Origin: Octopus bimaculoides | Taxonomy: Eukaryota | Direction: 5' to 3' | DNA: 48,067 nucleotides | Assembly: GCF_001194135.2 (NCBI RefSeq) | Contig: NC_068982.1 | Location: forward strand, 18,286,081-18,334,147 | Shown: positions 47,901 through 48,067 of the stretch, piece by piece | Layout of the letters: every line of letters begins with the position of its first letter | Position numbering within the stretch: position 1 is the first letter of the stretch | Made by a program: the position numbers and the translations under genes | The notes under the pieces: model-generated | The model's database searches: none | What the model was told of the DNA's origin: nothing | Seen by the model: the letters and a program-made list of their open reading frames with translations, nothing else

Positions 47901-48067
47901 AACGTGAGAGAGTTAGGGGTTGGGGGTACAACCCACTAAGGGATAGTATCTATCCAGTATACTGCTGGGAGGGTACCCAATTATTGCTACGCTAGTGCTA
48001 TACCAGGTGCAATCAATGGGAGCGGGTAAAAGTGGAGGTTTTACCCAAAATTTGTGTAACAATTAGA

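Noticed and set aside
47900-48067. Start of another interspersed repeat after (TA)n
   Set aside because: Cut by the window end; cannot be classified.
1-48067. tRNA, rRNA or CRISPR loci
   Set aside because: None seen; the tRNA-like A/B boxes all belong to SINE heads.

Overview
AT-rich, microsatellite-dense eukaryotic DNA with seven assembly gaps. The repeat content resembles an Octopus genome; this is inferred from recalled SINE sequences and was not searched. No host protein-coding gene can be supported, and the long ORFs in the track are gap or microsatellite artefacts. The window is mostly transposon relics: four mariner fragments, two clear and one weak hAT transposase relics, the 3' end of a REL-endonuclease LINE, a CR1/L2 3' end, a Helitron-like element, a palindromic MITE, and about 15 copies of three tRNA-derived SINE families. 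The main signal not in the ORF track is a set of hammerhead ribozyme (HHR) motifs from four apparently unrelated short repeat families. One has a fully canonical type I core (34271-34336). The others are variant or decayed cores (2990-3032 and 3496-3540, 31072-31122, 31848-31884), several inside inverted repeats next to (TA)n tracts. This points to a diverse set of non-autonomous Penelope-like or retrozyme-like elements. All coordinates and alignments were read by eye, so element ends are approximate.
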